64,000 nt of DNA, from NCBI GenBank assembly GCA_965237905.1, contig OZ250172.1, positions 1,216,001 to 1,280,000 of the forward strand. Direction: 5' to 3'. This document shows, piece after piece, positions 21,101 through 31,073 of the stretch; position 1 is the stretch's first letter; every line of letters starts with the position of its first letter. Source of the DNA: Nitrospinaceae bacterium (GTDB taxonomy: Bacteria; Nitrospinota; Nitrospinia; Nitrospinales; Nitrospinaceae). The translations under genes and the position numbers were made by a program. The notes under the pieces were generated by a model. That model saw only the letters and a program-made list of their open reading frames with translations, was not told the origin of the DNA and did no database searches.

Positions 21101-21228
21101 ATTTACACCCCGCCTTAAAATAGTTTTTGGACTTTTTTTGGGGTTTCGCAATCGCTCAAATTCCTTTAGACTAATTACATAAAGAAAACGAGCCTATTAT
21201 AACTTCATAAAATTCAATACGGAAGCGG

Positions 21229-22194
21229 ATGACCACCGATACCAGCTACAGAAAAATCAATCTCGAGTTCTTAAACGATAGCGGGGATGACCCTTTCGAT
21301 GTTTTCTATAAAACCCGCAGTTATGGCACCGTCAAATATGTCCGTTTCGCCACCTCCAAACCCGAACACCACGAGAAAGTAGTACGCCTGCTGGAATCGG
21401 GTGACCCCTTGGAGGATTTTTATATTCATGAAGGCGATCTTTTCAAATACTACCGCCAGGCCACCATGACACTTCGCAAAATCGTGTCGAATCCCAAAGT
21501 ATCTTTCGAGCAAAAAGCTAGGAAAGTTTACGACGTATCCAAAAACATCATGAAAGAATTTTTCGAAAATAACGCTTCGGAAAAAGTGCTTCGCACCTCG
21601 GATGAAGTGATGGAAATTATGGAGGAGTGTTTTCAAGATTATGACGTTGGCTTTTACGGCATTTCCAAAATCACCAACAAGGATTATTACACGTATACCC
21701 ACAGTGTTAATGTCGGATTGTACTGCATGACCTATGGCGTCAAAATTCGAATGAATCATGACGAGGTCCGCACGCTGGGACTCGGGGGCATGCTCCATGA
21801 CGTGGGCAAATCCAAGGTCTCCAACACCATACTCAATAAAAAAGGTCTGCTGACACCCCAGGAATTTGAAGTTGTCAAAGACCACGCACCTCTGGGCGGA
21901 GAGATCCTTGACGAAATGCACTGCTATAGCAATTCGATAATCGACATGGCCACCCAGCATCATGAAAAATACAAGGGAGGAGGCTATCCCCGGGGCATTG
22001 TCGGGGATGAAATTTCCTTCTTCGCACGAATCTGCAAAGTCATGGATGTCTACGACGCCCTCACCACCCGGCGCTCCTACAAAAAAGCCATGAATCCTTT
22101 CGACACTCTGACCCTCATGAAAAAGCAGATGTCCAACGAATTCGATGCAAAAATTCTCGACAATTTTATCCAGTATATGGGCCCTGAGATATAA
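21229..22194 (+). CDS. HD-GYP domain phosphodiesterase (c-di-GMP)
   Basis: YTYTHSVNV, LHDVGK, HHEKYKGGGYP, DVYDALTTRRSYK. Confidence 0.92.
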   Translation: MTTDTSYRKINLEFLNDSGDDPFDVFYKTRSYGTVKYVRFATSKPEHHEKVVRLLESGDPLEDFYIHEGDLFKYYRQATMTLRKIVSNPKVSFEQKARKVYDVSKNIMKEFFENNASEKVLRTSDEVMEIMEECFQDYDVGFYGISKITNKDYYTYTHSVNVGLYCMTYGVKIRMNHDEVRTLGLGGMLHDVGKSKVSNTILNKKGLLTPQEFEVVKDHAPLGGEILDEMHCYSNSIIDMATQHHEKYKGGGYPRGIVGDEISFFARICKVMDVYDALTTRRSYKKAMNPFDTLTLMKKQMSNEFDAKILDNFIQYMGPEI

Positions 22195-22269
22195 ACTCAG
22201 GATATAATACCCCGTCCTCCCTCACTATCCAGGAATGATTCCATTGCCCCAGGAAACGCGGACAAGCGT

Positions 22270-24204
22270 ATGACCACTGCAGGAATACATGATTGCATCC
22301 CCGGCCCGGACGATGCCTTGTTGATCGTCGATGTGCAAAATGATTTTCTTCCCGGCGGCAGTCTGGCGGTCCCGCAGGGAGATGATGTGGTCCCGGCACT
22401 CAACCGCTATTCTGCCGCGTTTCGCACACGCCACCTGCCCATTTTCGCGAGCCGTGACTGGCATCCCTCCAACCATTGCTCATTTACCGAACAGGGAGGT
22501 CCGTGGCCTCCGCACTGTGTCGTGGAGACCAAGGGAGCACAATTCGCTTCCGGCCTGGATGTCAACGAGGCCGTCATCATCAGCAAAGCCACCGAACCGG
22601 AAAGCGATGCCTACTCTGCTTTTGAAAATACCGATCTCGATCAGCGTTTGAGGCAAGCCGGTGTCAAACGTCTATTTGTCGGGGGACTGGCGACGGATTA
22701 CTGTGTGCTTAACTCCGTGCGCGACGCGGTCCGCCTCAAATATTCGGTGATACTGTTGGAAGACGCCATCCGCGCAGTTAACGTACAGCCCGAAGACGGT
22801 TCCAAGGCAATGGAGGAAATGCTGGGGCTGGGTTGTCAGTCCGCCACCGTTGAGTCCGTGGTCCTCACTCCATCCAAAACTCCCGCCGTCCTGACCGACC
22901 TGTATCAGTTGGCCATGCTCAAGGCCTATCACGACCGGGGCATGAACCAAACGGCTGTCTTCGAGTTTTATATCCGCAACCTTCCCGCCCAACGCAACTT
23001 CTTAATGGCCGCCGGGTTGGAACAGGTTCTGGAGTATCTGGAAAACCTTCGGTTCACTCAACAGGAAAGGGATTGGTTGAAAAGCTCCGGCAGGTTCCCC
23101 GCGGACTTTGTGGATTCTCTTAAGGATTTCCGGTTCACAGGGGATGTCCACGCCTTACCGGAAGGCACAATCTTCTTCGCCAATGAACCGGTGTTGAGAA
23201 TCACCGCCCCCCTGCCGCAGGCGCAACTGGCGGAATCCCGTATCATCAATATTCTGCAAATGCAGATTATGGCGGCCTCGAAAGCGGCGCGCATGGTGTT
23301 AACCGCTCCCGGTAAAACGCTGTTGGATTTCGGACTGCGCCGGGCACATGGAGCGGAAGCGGGTTTGTTCGTCGCGCGCGCCAGTTATCTCGCAGGGTTT
23401 AACGGCTCGGCTACCGTCCCCGCCGAACCTTTTTACGGCATCCCGGTGTTCGGCACCATGGCGCATTCCTACATACAGACGCACTCGGATGAAGCTACCG
23501 CATTCAAGGATTTCGCTCACTCCTGGCCCGACACCGCGATTTTTCTACTGGATACCTATGACACCGTACAGGCCGCTCACAAAGTAGTGGCGTTGGCCCG
23601 CGATCTCAAAAAGGAAGGCATCTCGATTCACGGGGTGCGGCTGGACAGCGGCGATTTGGTTCAACTGGCGAAGCAAGTGAGAACCATTCTGGATGAAGGA
23701 GGACTCAGGGACACCAAAATTTTCGCCAGCGGCAATCTCGATGAATACGCTCTCGAACAATTGATTGCCAAGCAAGCGCCGATCGACGGTTTCGGCATCG
23801 GTACCCGCCTCGCGGTTTCCGAAGACGCGCCCACTCTCGAATGTGTTTACAAAATGCAGGAATATGACGGGCAACCGCGACGCAAACGCTCTCAGGGTAA
23901 AGCCACCTGGCCCGGCAAAAAACAGGTGTTCAGAACCTTCGACGCCCAGGGCAAAATGCAGGAAGATCATTTGGCGATGGAAGACGAATCACTCCCCGGC
24001 GAACCTCTGCTGAAACCCTGCATGCGGCAAGGCAAACGATTGAGTCCTCCAGCGCCCCTGGAGCAATGGCGCACGCATGCCGCCCGGCAACTGGACCAAT
24101 TGCCGGAAGCCTTTCGTTCCCTCGACTCCGTACCGCCTTACCCCGTTCACATCTCCCAAAAAATCCGCGACCTGGCCGACCGTCTGGACCAACAATCACT
24201 TTGA
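22270..24204 (+). CDS. pncB: Fused nicotinamidase (PncA) and nicotinate phosphoribosyltransferase (PncB)
   Basis: N-terminal VDVQNDFLPGGSL, DWHP, WPPHCV, GLATDYCV; C-terminal LTDLYQLAM, DFGLRRAHG, GTMAHSY, LLDTYD, GVRLDSGD; one uninterrupted ORF. Confidence 0.93.
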   Translation: MTTAGIHDCIPGPDDALLIVDVQNDFLPGGSLAVPQGDDVVPALNRYSAAFRTRHLPIFASRDWHPSNHCSFTEQGGPWPPHCVVETKGAQFASGLDVNEAVIISKATEPESDAYSAFENTDLDQRLRQAGVKRLFVGGLATDYCVLNSVRDAVRLKYSVILLEDAIRAVNVQPEDGSKAMEEMLGLGCQSATVESVVLTPSKTPAVLTDLYQLAMLKAYHDRGMNQTAVFEFYIRNLPAQRNFLMAAGLEQVLEYLENLRFTQQERDWLKSSGRFPADFVDSLKDFRFTGDVHALPEGTIFFANEPVLRITAPLPQAQLAESRIINILQMQIMAASKAARMVLTAPGKTLLDFGLRRAHGAEAGLFVARASYLAGFNGSATVPAEPFYGIPVFGTMAHSYIQTHSDEATAFKDFAHSWPDTAIFLLDTYDTVQAAHKVVALARDLKKEGISIHGVRLDSGDLVQLAKQVRTILDEGGLRDTKIFASGNLDEYALEQLIAKQAPIDGFGIGTRLAVSEDAPTLECVYKMQEYDGQPRRKRSQGKATWPGKKQVFRTFDAQGKMQEDHLAMEDESLPGEPLLKPCMRQGKRLSPPAPLEQWRTHAARQLDQLPEAFRSLDSVPPYPVHISQKIRDLADRLDQQSL

Positions 24205-24469
24205 TAAGTTCAGCATTCTACTGTTTTTAAATGGATTATAAGACCCTCAAGAAGTAGAAAGAACTACATGCAAGGCATAATACTGGATAAAATTCACAAA
24301 CTTTTCACTGTGGACATCCAATTTAATTGATTATCATCATAATTCCTATGTATCATAACGCCCAGAGAAAAGAATAAAGGAAACTGTTTAAAAAACTATA
24401 ATCCGGGTTTTTACCGTTAATTTTGGTTTTACTTTTCATAGTTTCCGCTAACTCACAAGGGGAATCAAA

Positions 24470-24841
24470 ATGGTTGGCTTCAATAGTCCTCTAGATAATC
24501 CAAAGGAAGAAAACGAATATCTAAAAAAGGTAATCGGACTTTTACAAAAGGAAAATAAATCTCTGCAAGAGGAAAACGAATCTCTAAAAAAAGAAATAAA
24601 AGATTCTAAAGTGATGGTTTTTGAAAATAATATGTACTGGAAATTGAAAAAAGATGGAAGCAAAGAAGGACCATTCTGCCCAATTTGTTTTGATTCCGAC
24701 GAAAAACAGATTCGGCTGATCCGTACAGCCGAAAGCTTCTCTAGTGAAGCCGGATGGGATTGCAAACGGACAGGGTGTCTTTTTAACCAAATTGTTCAAA
24801 AAAAATTGGACTACAACATTCCAGACCTTAAGCGTATATAA
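24470..24841 (+). CDS. Hypothetical coiled-coil plus Cys-motif (putative Zn-ribbon) protein
   Basis: Heptad ENxxL repeats, then YW...GPFCPICFD...WDCKRTGC; low GC; GGGGA RBS. Confidence 0.7.
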   Translation: MVGFNSPLDNPKEENEYLKKVIGLLQKENKSLQEENESLKKEIKDSKVMVFENNMYWKLKKDGSKEGPFCPICFDSDEKQIRLIRTAESFSSEAGWDCKRTGCLFNQIVQKKLDYNIPDLKRI

Positions 24842-24918
24842 CAGTAGAATGTTCTATTGATTTATCGCACAAACAACGCACAAGACCTTTTCCGGATTTT
24901 ACCGCTAGGGGGAATTAA

Positions 24919-25314
24919 ATGTTTACCTACAGAGAATCAAAGGAATTTTTAAAGGATTTGTCGGGACTTCTAAAGAAAATACCTCTTGTAAATCAAATTT
25001 GTTTAAATCTTAGCCATACACAAGAACTCGAATCCATAAGAAAGGAAAATGAATATCTAAAAAATCAAATGAATAGTTCCAAATCGCTTTATTATGATCG
25101 TCATTTCTTCTGGAAAATCGGAAAAGACGGGATGAGGATAGGCCCATACTGTCCACGCTGCTGGGATACGGAACAAAAAGAGATTGAGTTGATTGTTAAT
25201 CCAGGAAACGAATTTGATGATCCCGGTTATCTTTGCCCTGTTAAAGAATGCCCTTTAAGTAAAGTAGGTGCAGCACACGGTCCAATATCTACGCCTCAAA
25301 TAAGAGAACAATAA
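24919..25314 (+). CDS. Hypothetical coiled-coil plus Cys-motif protein, paralog of 24470-24841
   Basis: KENEYLK, FW...GPYCPRCWD...YLCPVKEC; low GC; GGGGGA RBS. Confidence 0.7.
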   Translation: MFTYRESKEFLKDLSGLLKKIPLVNQICLNLSHTQELESIRKENEYLKNQMNSSKSLYYDRHFFWKIGKDGMRIGPYCPRCWDTEQKEIELIVNPGNEFDDPGYLCPVKECPLSKVGAAHGPISTPQIREQ

Positions 25315-25389
25315 ATAGCATTTAAAACTCATTATAATAAAGGCGCTCATACCAACTGAGTTACTCCCTCTAAAGTCTCCGCCATAGGC

Positions 25390-25405
25390 TGTCAATTCCT
25401 TGACT
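25390..25405. promoter_or_regulatory. Putative bEBP enhancer (FleQ-like GTCA-N6-TGAC box)
   Basis: TGTCA-ATTCCT-TGACT about 160 bp upstream of a sigma-54 site. Confidence 0.5.
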
Positions 25406-25558
25406 GAAGAGCACCCCGGTCCACCCAGGTGTCAAGTTTAGTGAACGGCGCACCCCTCAAAACCGAGTGTCCCTGCGGCCAGGCCATACCTGAAAGTCCA
25501 ATCAAACAAAGGATTTGCTATCTGCCCACCGCTCCCGCCTGCACCTCCTGCGCCGTAT

Positions 25559-25574
25559 TGGTATCAAATTTGCT
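25559..25574 (+). promoter_or_regulatory. Sigma-54 (-24/-12) promoter
   Basis: TGGTATCAAATTTGCT with GG-N10-GC spacing, about 40 bp before ATG 25614. Confidence 0.75.
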
Positions 25575-25613
25575 ATTCTATTAACAATTGAATTCATCCA
25601 CAGGAATTTCCTG

Positions 25614-28142
25614 ATGACGCATCGACATATCATCCGCTATTTGGTTGGGTTGGCAGGCCTCGGACTGATGATTCTGCTCAATCCCCAGTCTATGGTGGAA
25701 AGCCGGGAAGCCATCACGCAGGTGGAGGACTACCGTCTGGGCAGTCATCCGCAATCCACCCGCATCATCATCCAACTGAGCCAGGACAACCCTTACCGTG
25801 TCCTCACCAATTACGCCGATCAAAAAGTGGTGGTGTGGATTCGCAACGCCACACTGAAACCTAAAGTTCAGTCAATCACTTTTAGAGACAAGCATCTCAG
25901 CCAAATCCAGGTTGATCAAATCAAAAATAACGTCAAGTTCACCTTGCGGTTGAAAAGCAGGAACACGCGGTTGATTCATTTCGTGAATCACCAACCCGAA
26001 CGAATTGTGATCGAATTGAAACCTAAAAGCGCAGTAACCCAACAAGCTTCCCGTAAAGATAAAAAACAGGCTTTGAATTCCCGGAAAAAAATCATCAAGC
26101 AGGTCGCCCGTAAAAATAAAAAACAAACAGCAATGTCTTCATCGTCTGCCTCCCGCTTGACTCAAAAAAAGTTCGGGAGCCTCCCTCAGGCCGACTCGGA
26201 ACAAGAACTTAAAAGCGGGCGAGAAGATTATCAAAAGGCGCTGAAACTGTTTCAAAATAAAAACTACGTGGATGCGCTGAATACTTTTCAACAGTTTCAG
26301 CAGAAATACCGGGAAAGCCCTTTTCTTGTGAACGTCTCCTACATGATCGCCGAGGCGCAATACAATCTGGCGAAACGGGACCCCTATCCCAATTACGAGG
26401 AAGCCCTGGCCGCGTACCAATACGCCATGCGGACTTATCCCAATTCGCAATTTTACGATCACGCCCTTTTCAAAACCGCTTCCATTTATGAGGACATGGA
26501 TTACACGCTGGAAGCCCGAACGATGTATGAAAAAGGAACGCGGAAAGATAAATCCAGCCGTTACAATGCCGCGCGGGAAACCGGCTTGGGACTCATGCTC
26601 ATCGAGGAGGACAAGCTGGAGGAAGCGTACGAAACGTTTCAGATTCTGCTCCGGAAATCTCCACAAAACGCGGACGCCAAAAAGGGGCTCTTCCGGATCG
26701 CAAAACGCTATTACGAAGCACGGGATTATAAAAAAGCGCTGAAAATTTTCGAGGATGTGATCAAACGCTGGCCCGACGAATTGAACGAGCAACCGGAAGT
26801 TAATTTCTACATCGGTGAAATCCATTTCAACCGGAAACAATACGCGCAGGCGCGGCGGTTTTATTTCAACCTGGTCAACCTGGCACCGGAATCCCCCAAC
26901 GCGCACCGAGGATTGAACCGCATTGGCGACACTTATCTTCTGGAAAACAACGGCATGCCCGCGCTGACGGTATTCAATAAATCGCACAGTATCAATCCCG
27001 ACAGTGCGGAATCCCAATACGCGCAAATCCGCCTTGCCGATGTCGGCATCCGGTTCCCGGCCCTGCCGGTCAAGGACCTAATGTTCCAAGTATCCCCTTA
27101 TTACCATCCGTACCGCACCTATGAGGAGGTTGCTAAAAATCCGCAGTCGAGGGACATTTTGGCGGAAGCCACGTTCAGCCGGGGATCAGCCTATTACCGG
27201 GAGCAACGCTACCTGGAGGCCATCGAACAGTTCAAACGCCTGCTTCCGTTCGAGGCCGACTCAAAATTCCACCGGTGGGCAAAGAAATACCTGCAGTTGT
27301 CCATGGTGCAACTGATCGATCAATACGCAAAACAAAACGGCCACCTGCCGGTTCTCTACGCCTACGCCGATTATCTGAATTTGGGAATCGGCGAATTGAA
27401 CCGTGTTCAAACACAATTGCAGATCGGGGAAAGTTACAAGGCCATCGGCCTGAACTCGGAAGCGCTCAAGTTTTTCGAAAAGGTCAAGTTCGCCGATGTC
27501 AACGGCGCCTACACTGATCGCCTGTTCCTGGACCTGGGGGAAATTCACCTCAACGAAAATCATTTCAAGGAAGCCGAGCGCGTCACTCAAACTTTTGTCA
27601 ATACCTATAAGAACAGCCCGCGTCTGCCGGAAGCCAAAATCATTCTGGCCCGCGCTTATCTCGGCCAAAAGCAATACGACCGGTCGATTAAAATTTTCAA
27701 TCAATTGCTCGATTCCAAAAATGTAGAAGTCGCTAAAATTCATTACCTCATCGCGGAAACCTGGTTCGCCCGGGAAGATTTGCGCAACGCCGCCCGCGCC
27801 TACCGCAAAGCCATCGACAGCTACGACCGCGCCATTCGCAATCCACCGGACTATGTGCAAAGCGCTTACTATAAATTGGGCATGACACTGTACATGCAGG
27901 GTCAGTCCGAGAAATCACTGGATGCCCTCATGGCAGGAAGAAAGCTGTTTCCCGATCACCGCCTCAAAAACTGGGCGGATTACCTGATCATCGACAATCT
28001 GGACCGCCTCCACAAAAAAGACCAGGCCGAATCCGAACTCCAAACCCTGGTGGCGGAAAGCCGGGACGATCTTCTGCAAAAGGCCGCTCAATCTCACCTG
28101 AAAGTGATCGACTGGGAAAAACGGTTAAAAGAACTTCTATAA
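25614..28142 (+). CDS. Large exported AMIN-like plus TPR-repeat protein at the head of the flagellar regulatory operon
   Basis: Signal/TM segment, DYRLGSHPQSTRIIIQL...PERIVIEL (AMIN-like), then many TPR helices (e.g. EVNFYIGEIHF, SAYYKLGMTLY). Confidence 0.8.
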   Translation: MTHRHIIRYLVGLAGLGLMILLNPQSMVESREAITQVEDYRLGSHPQSTRIIIQLSQDNPYRVLTNYADQKVVVWIRNATLKPKVQSITFRDKHLSQIQVDQIKNNVKFTLRLKSRNTRLIHFVNHQPERIVIELKPKSAVTQQASRKDKKQALNSRKKIIKQVARKNKKQTAMSSSSASRLTQKKFGSLPQADSEQELKSGREDYQKALKLFQNKNYVDALNTFQQFQQKYRESPFLVNVSYMIAEAQYNLAKRDPYPNYEEALAAYQYAMRTYPNSQFYDHALFKTASIYEDMDYTLEARTMYEKGTRKDKSSRYNAARETGLGLMLIEEDKLEEAYETFQILLRKSPQNADAKKGLFRIAKRYYEARDYKKALKIFEDVIKRWPDELNEQPEVNFYIGEIHFNRKQYAQARRFYFNLVNLAPESPNAHRGLNRIGDTYLLENNGMPALTVFNKSHSINPDSAESQYAQIRLADVGIRFPALPVKDLMFQVSPYYHPYRTYEEVAKNPQSRDILAEATFSRGSAYYREQRYLEAIEQFKRLLPFEADSKFHRWAKKYLQLSMVQLIDQYAKQNGHLPVLYAYADYLNLGIGELNRVQTQLQIGESYKAIGLNSEALKFFEKVKFADVNGAYTDRLFLDLGEIHLNENHFKEAERVTQTFVNTYKNSPRLPEAKIILARAYLGQKQYDRSIKIFNQLLDSKNVEVAKIHYLIAETWFAREDLRNAARAYRKAIDSYDRAIRNPPDYVQSAYYKLGMTLYMQGQSEKSLDALMAGRKLFPDHRLKNWADYLIIDNLDRLHKKDQAESELQTLVAESRDDLLQKAAQSHLKVIDWEKRLKELL

Positions 28143-28199
28143 TCTTCTATAATGAATACAGGCACAAAATTTCCGCAAACCCGTGCGCGTGATAAATTT

Positions 28200-29456
28200 A
28201 TGGAAGACCCGACCCAGGAAGACAAAAAGCAAAAGGAGTTGGAGGTCCTCAGGGCCGCGTTTCAGGCCTTCAACGAAACCACCCAGCACCTGCAAAAATC
28301 CTACGAAACCCTGCAGGAACGGATCAAAGATCTCAACCTGGAGTTGGAAAAGAAAAATGTAGAGCTGGAAAGCAATCTCCAGGAAAAGGAGAAAGTCAAA
28401 AACTATCTCCACAACATTCTGGAGAGTCTGACCAGCGGCGTGATCGTGGTCGATGAAAACCAAACCATCACCACCCTCAGCCAAACCGCAGGAGCGATCC
28501 TGAACCTGTCGCCGGAACAATGCCTGAACCAGCCGCTGAAGAAAGCGGTGCCGCACCCGGTCTTCCCGACTCTGGTGGAACGCCTGAAAGAATCGAAAAA
28601 AAACAACCTGATCCAGGATGAGGAATTGAAAAATGCCAAAGGGCGCCGGATCAAAATCCGTGTGTCCGCCTCACCCGTGCACGATCCGGCAGGCGCACAA
28701 CTGGGCACCGTGCTCATCGTGCAGGACATCACCGAACTCAAACAACTGGAAGAAGAAGCCGAGCGCAACGACCGCCTGCGCGCCATGGGGGAAATGGCCG
28801 CCGGCATCGCCCACGAAATCCGCAACCCGCTGGGGAGCATCGAACTGTTCGCCTCGATTTTGAAAAAGGATTCCCAGGGCGATACGGAAAAAATGAAACT
28901 GGCGGATCACATCGTCTCCGGCGTCAAGAACATGGACCGCATCATCTCCAGCCTTCTGCTGTTCGCAAAATCGCCGGAACCGTCACGCCAGCAATGCAAC
29001 ATCAACGATCTGTTACGCGGCATCCTGAAATCCAGCACCGACCTGCAATCGCCCGACAACATCAACATCCAGTGCGACTTCTGCAAGGAGGACCCACTGG
29101 CGCAGGGCGACAAGGAGCTACTGCAACAGGTGTTTCTCAATTTCATTCGCAACGCGGTGCAAGCCATGCCGAAGGGCGGCGATCTGAAACTGCGTATCGA
29201 GAAAAACAAATCACCGGACAACAATACCTACTACCGCCATTTCATCACCACCACCATTTCCGACACCGGCATCGGCATCTCATCCGCGGACCAGGAAAAC
29301 ATCTTCAACCCATTCTTCAGCACCAAGGACAAGGGCACCGGATTGGGACTAGCCATCGCGCACAACATCGTCAAGGCGCATCAGGGCACCATCGACGTTG
29401 AAAGCCAAAAAGGCAAAGGCACCACGTTTATCGTCAACCTGCCGGGATGGGAATAA
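28200..29456 (+). CDS. PAS sensor histidine kinase (FleS/FlgS-like)
   Basis: Coiled coil, PAS (ILESLTSGVIVVD...VQDIT), AHEIRNPL, N box, DTGIG, FFSTK, GTGLGL; an alternative start at 28152 is possible. Confidence 0.88.
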   Translation: MEDPTQEDKKQKELEVLRAAFQAFNETTQHLQKSYETLQERIKDLNLELEKKNVELESNLQEKEKVKNYLHNILESLTSGVIVVDENQTITTLSQTAGAILNLSPEQCLNQPLKKAVPHPVFPTLVERLKESKKNNLIQDEELKNAKGRRIKIRVSASPVHDPAGAQLGTVLIVQDITELKQLEEEAERNDRLRAMGEMAAGIAHEIRNPLGSIELFASILKKDSQGDTEKMKLADHIVSGVKNMDRIISSLLLFAKSPEPSRQQCNINDLLRGILKSSTDLQSPDNINIQCDFCKEDPLAQGDKELLQQVFLNFIRNAVQAMPKGGDLKLRIEKNKSPDNNTYYRHFITTTISDTGIGISSADQENIFNPFFSTKDKGTGLGLAIAHNIVKAHQGTIDVESQKGKGTTFIVNLPGWE

Positions 29457-29463
29457 GGGAACT

Positions 29464-30846
29464 ATGACCGATCACGCTTCCAAAAAAATTCTGATCGTCG
29501 ACGACGAACCGGAAATGCGCATCGCCATCACCGAAGCGCTGAAGCGCGAAGGCTACCAGACCGATTCGGCGGAGAACGCGCCCGAGGCCCTGCACCGTCT
29601 CGAAGGTGAGGAATTCGACCTGGTCATCTCCGACGTGAAAATGCCGAAGATGAGCGGGCAGGAACTGCTCCGCGAAATCAAAGAGCAGTCGCCCAACACC
29701 CTCGTCATCATGATGACCGCCTACGGCACCATTGACAACGCGGTGGAATCCATGAAGCAAGGCGCGTTCGATTACCTGCTCAAACCATTCTCGATTGAAA
29801 TACTGGCGGGCACGGTCAACCGCGCTTTTTTGAGCGACCCGGCGCCCTCTGCCGCACCTGTAGCAGGCAGGGAATCCACCGCCAAAAAGAAAACTACGGA
29901 GCATGGCAAAATCGTCACGCAAAATAAAACCATGCTGGAGATGGTGAAGTTCGCCGAGAACATCGCCTACAGCAAATCCACCGTGCTGATCTCCGGCGAA
30001 ACGGGGACGGGCAAGGAAATGGTGGCGAAGTACATCCACCAATGCAGTCCGCGCGCCGACAAATCGTTTCTGGCGGTCAACTGCGCCGCCCTGCCGGAAG
30101 GTTTGTTGGAGTCGGAACTGTTCGGCCACGAGAAAGGCGCGTTCACCGGCGCCATCGCCAAGAAGGACGGCAAGTTCGAGCTGGCGCACAAGGGCACGCT
30201 CCTCTTGGACGAAGTCACCGAAATGACGCCGCCGCTGCAGGCCAAGCTCCTGCGCGTTTTACAGGAACACGAAATCGACAAAGTCGGCGGACGCGAACCG
30301 ATCCCCATCGACGTGCGCGTGATCGCCACCACCAACCGCGATCCCAAACAGCTAATCGAAGACGGCAAATTCCGCGAGGATCTGTATTACCGGTTGAACG
30401 TCATTCCCATCAAACTGCCGCCCCTGCGCGAACGCATGGAAGATTTACCGGCGCTGGCCGAACACTTCATGAAAAAACACAGCCGGGAAAATGGAAAAAA
30501 GATTTCAAGCATCACGCCGGAGACGCTGACGCTTCTCAACAAATACCAGTGGCGCGGCAACGTGCGCGAACTGGAGAACATTATCGAACGCGCCGTGCTG
30601 ATTTGTCAGGGCGACGCCATCGAGCCCGCCAACCTGTTCATGGAAGAGGGCGTAACCGCCCCGGAAACTGGCAATGAAAATGCACTTGGGAGCTTTCGCG
30701 GCACGATTTACGAAATGGAACGCGAACTCATCTTCAAAACCCTGGAAGAAACCGGCAACAACAAAACCAAAGCCGCCGAAGTCCTCGGCATCAGCATCCG
30801 CACCCTCCGCAACAAACTGAACGAATATAAAGAAAAAAGTGATTAA
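29464..30846 (+). CDS. Sigma-54-dependent response regulator (FleR/FlgR-like)
   Basis: REC domain, GETGTGKE, ESELFGHEKGAFTGA, FREDLYYRLNV, WRGNVRELEN, Fis HTH ending ISIRTLRNKL. Confidence 0.93.
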   Translation: MTDHASKKILIVDDEPEMRIAITEALKREGYQTDSAENAPEALHRLEGEEFDLVISDVKMPKMSGQELLREIKEQSPNTLVIMMTAYGTIDNAVESMKQGAFDYLLKPFSIEILAGTVNRAFLSDPAPSAAPVAGRESTAKKKTTEHGKIVTQNKTMLEMVKFAENIAYSKSTVLISGETGTGKEMVAKYIHQCSPRADKSFLAVNCAALPEGLLESELFGHEKGAFTGAIAKKDGKFELAHKGTLLLDEVTEMTPPLQAKLLRVLQEHEIDKVGGREPIPIDVRVIATTNRDPKQLIEDGKFREDLYYRLNVIPIKLPPLRERMEDLPALAEHFMKKHSRENGKKISSITPETLTLLNKYQWRGNVRELENIIERAVLICQGDAIEPANLFMEEGVTAPETGNENALGSFRGTIYEMERELIFKTLEETGNNKTKAAEVLGISIRTLRNKLNEYKEKSD

Positions 30847-30850
30847 TGGA

Positions 30851-30879
30851 TGTCGCCCTGAGCCTGTCGAAGGGTGACA
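30851..30879. repeat. REP-like palindromic hairpin
   Basis: TGTCGCCCT-GAGCCTGTCGA-AGGGTGACA; a degenerate reverse-complement copy lies at about 63677-63692. Confidence 0.5.
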
Positions 30880-30922
30880 CAGTCCCCTCCGCCGGGAGGC
30901 GGTAACCAAGATTGCCGGGTGG

Positions 30923-30938
30923 TGTCAAAAGCGTGACA
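30923..30938. promoter_or_regulatory. Putative bEBP enhancer TGTCA-N6-TGACA
   Basis: TGTCA-AAAGCG-TGACA with perfect inverted arms, about 140 bp upstream of a sigma-54 site. Confidence 0.55.
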
Positions 30939-31073
30939 TTTTTTACCGGCCACAAGGCTCGCACCTTGAGACAATTTTTTAAATCATCTATCCGAATGAT
31001 TCGGACCTCTTTATTTATGGTGGTTTACGCTGTTTCCACCGATTTCTCCCCTATTCCCCCACCCCGGCAAGTT

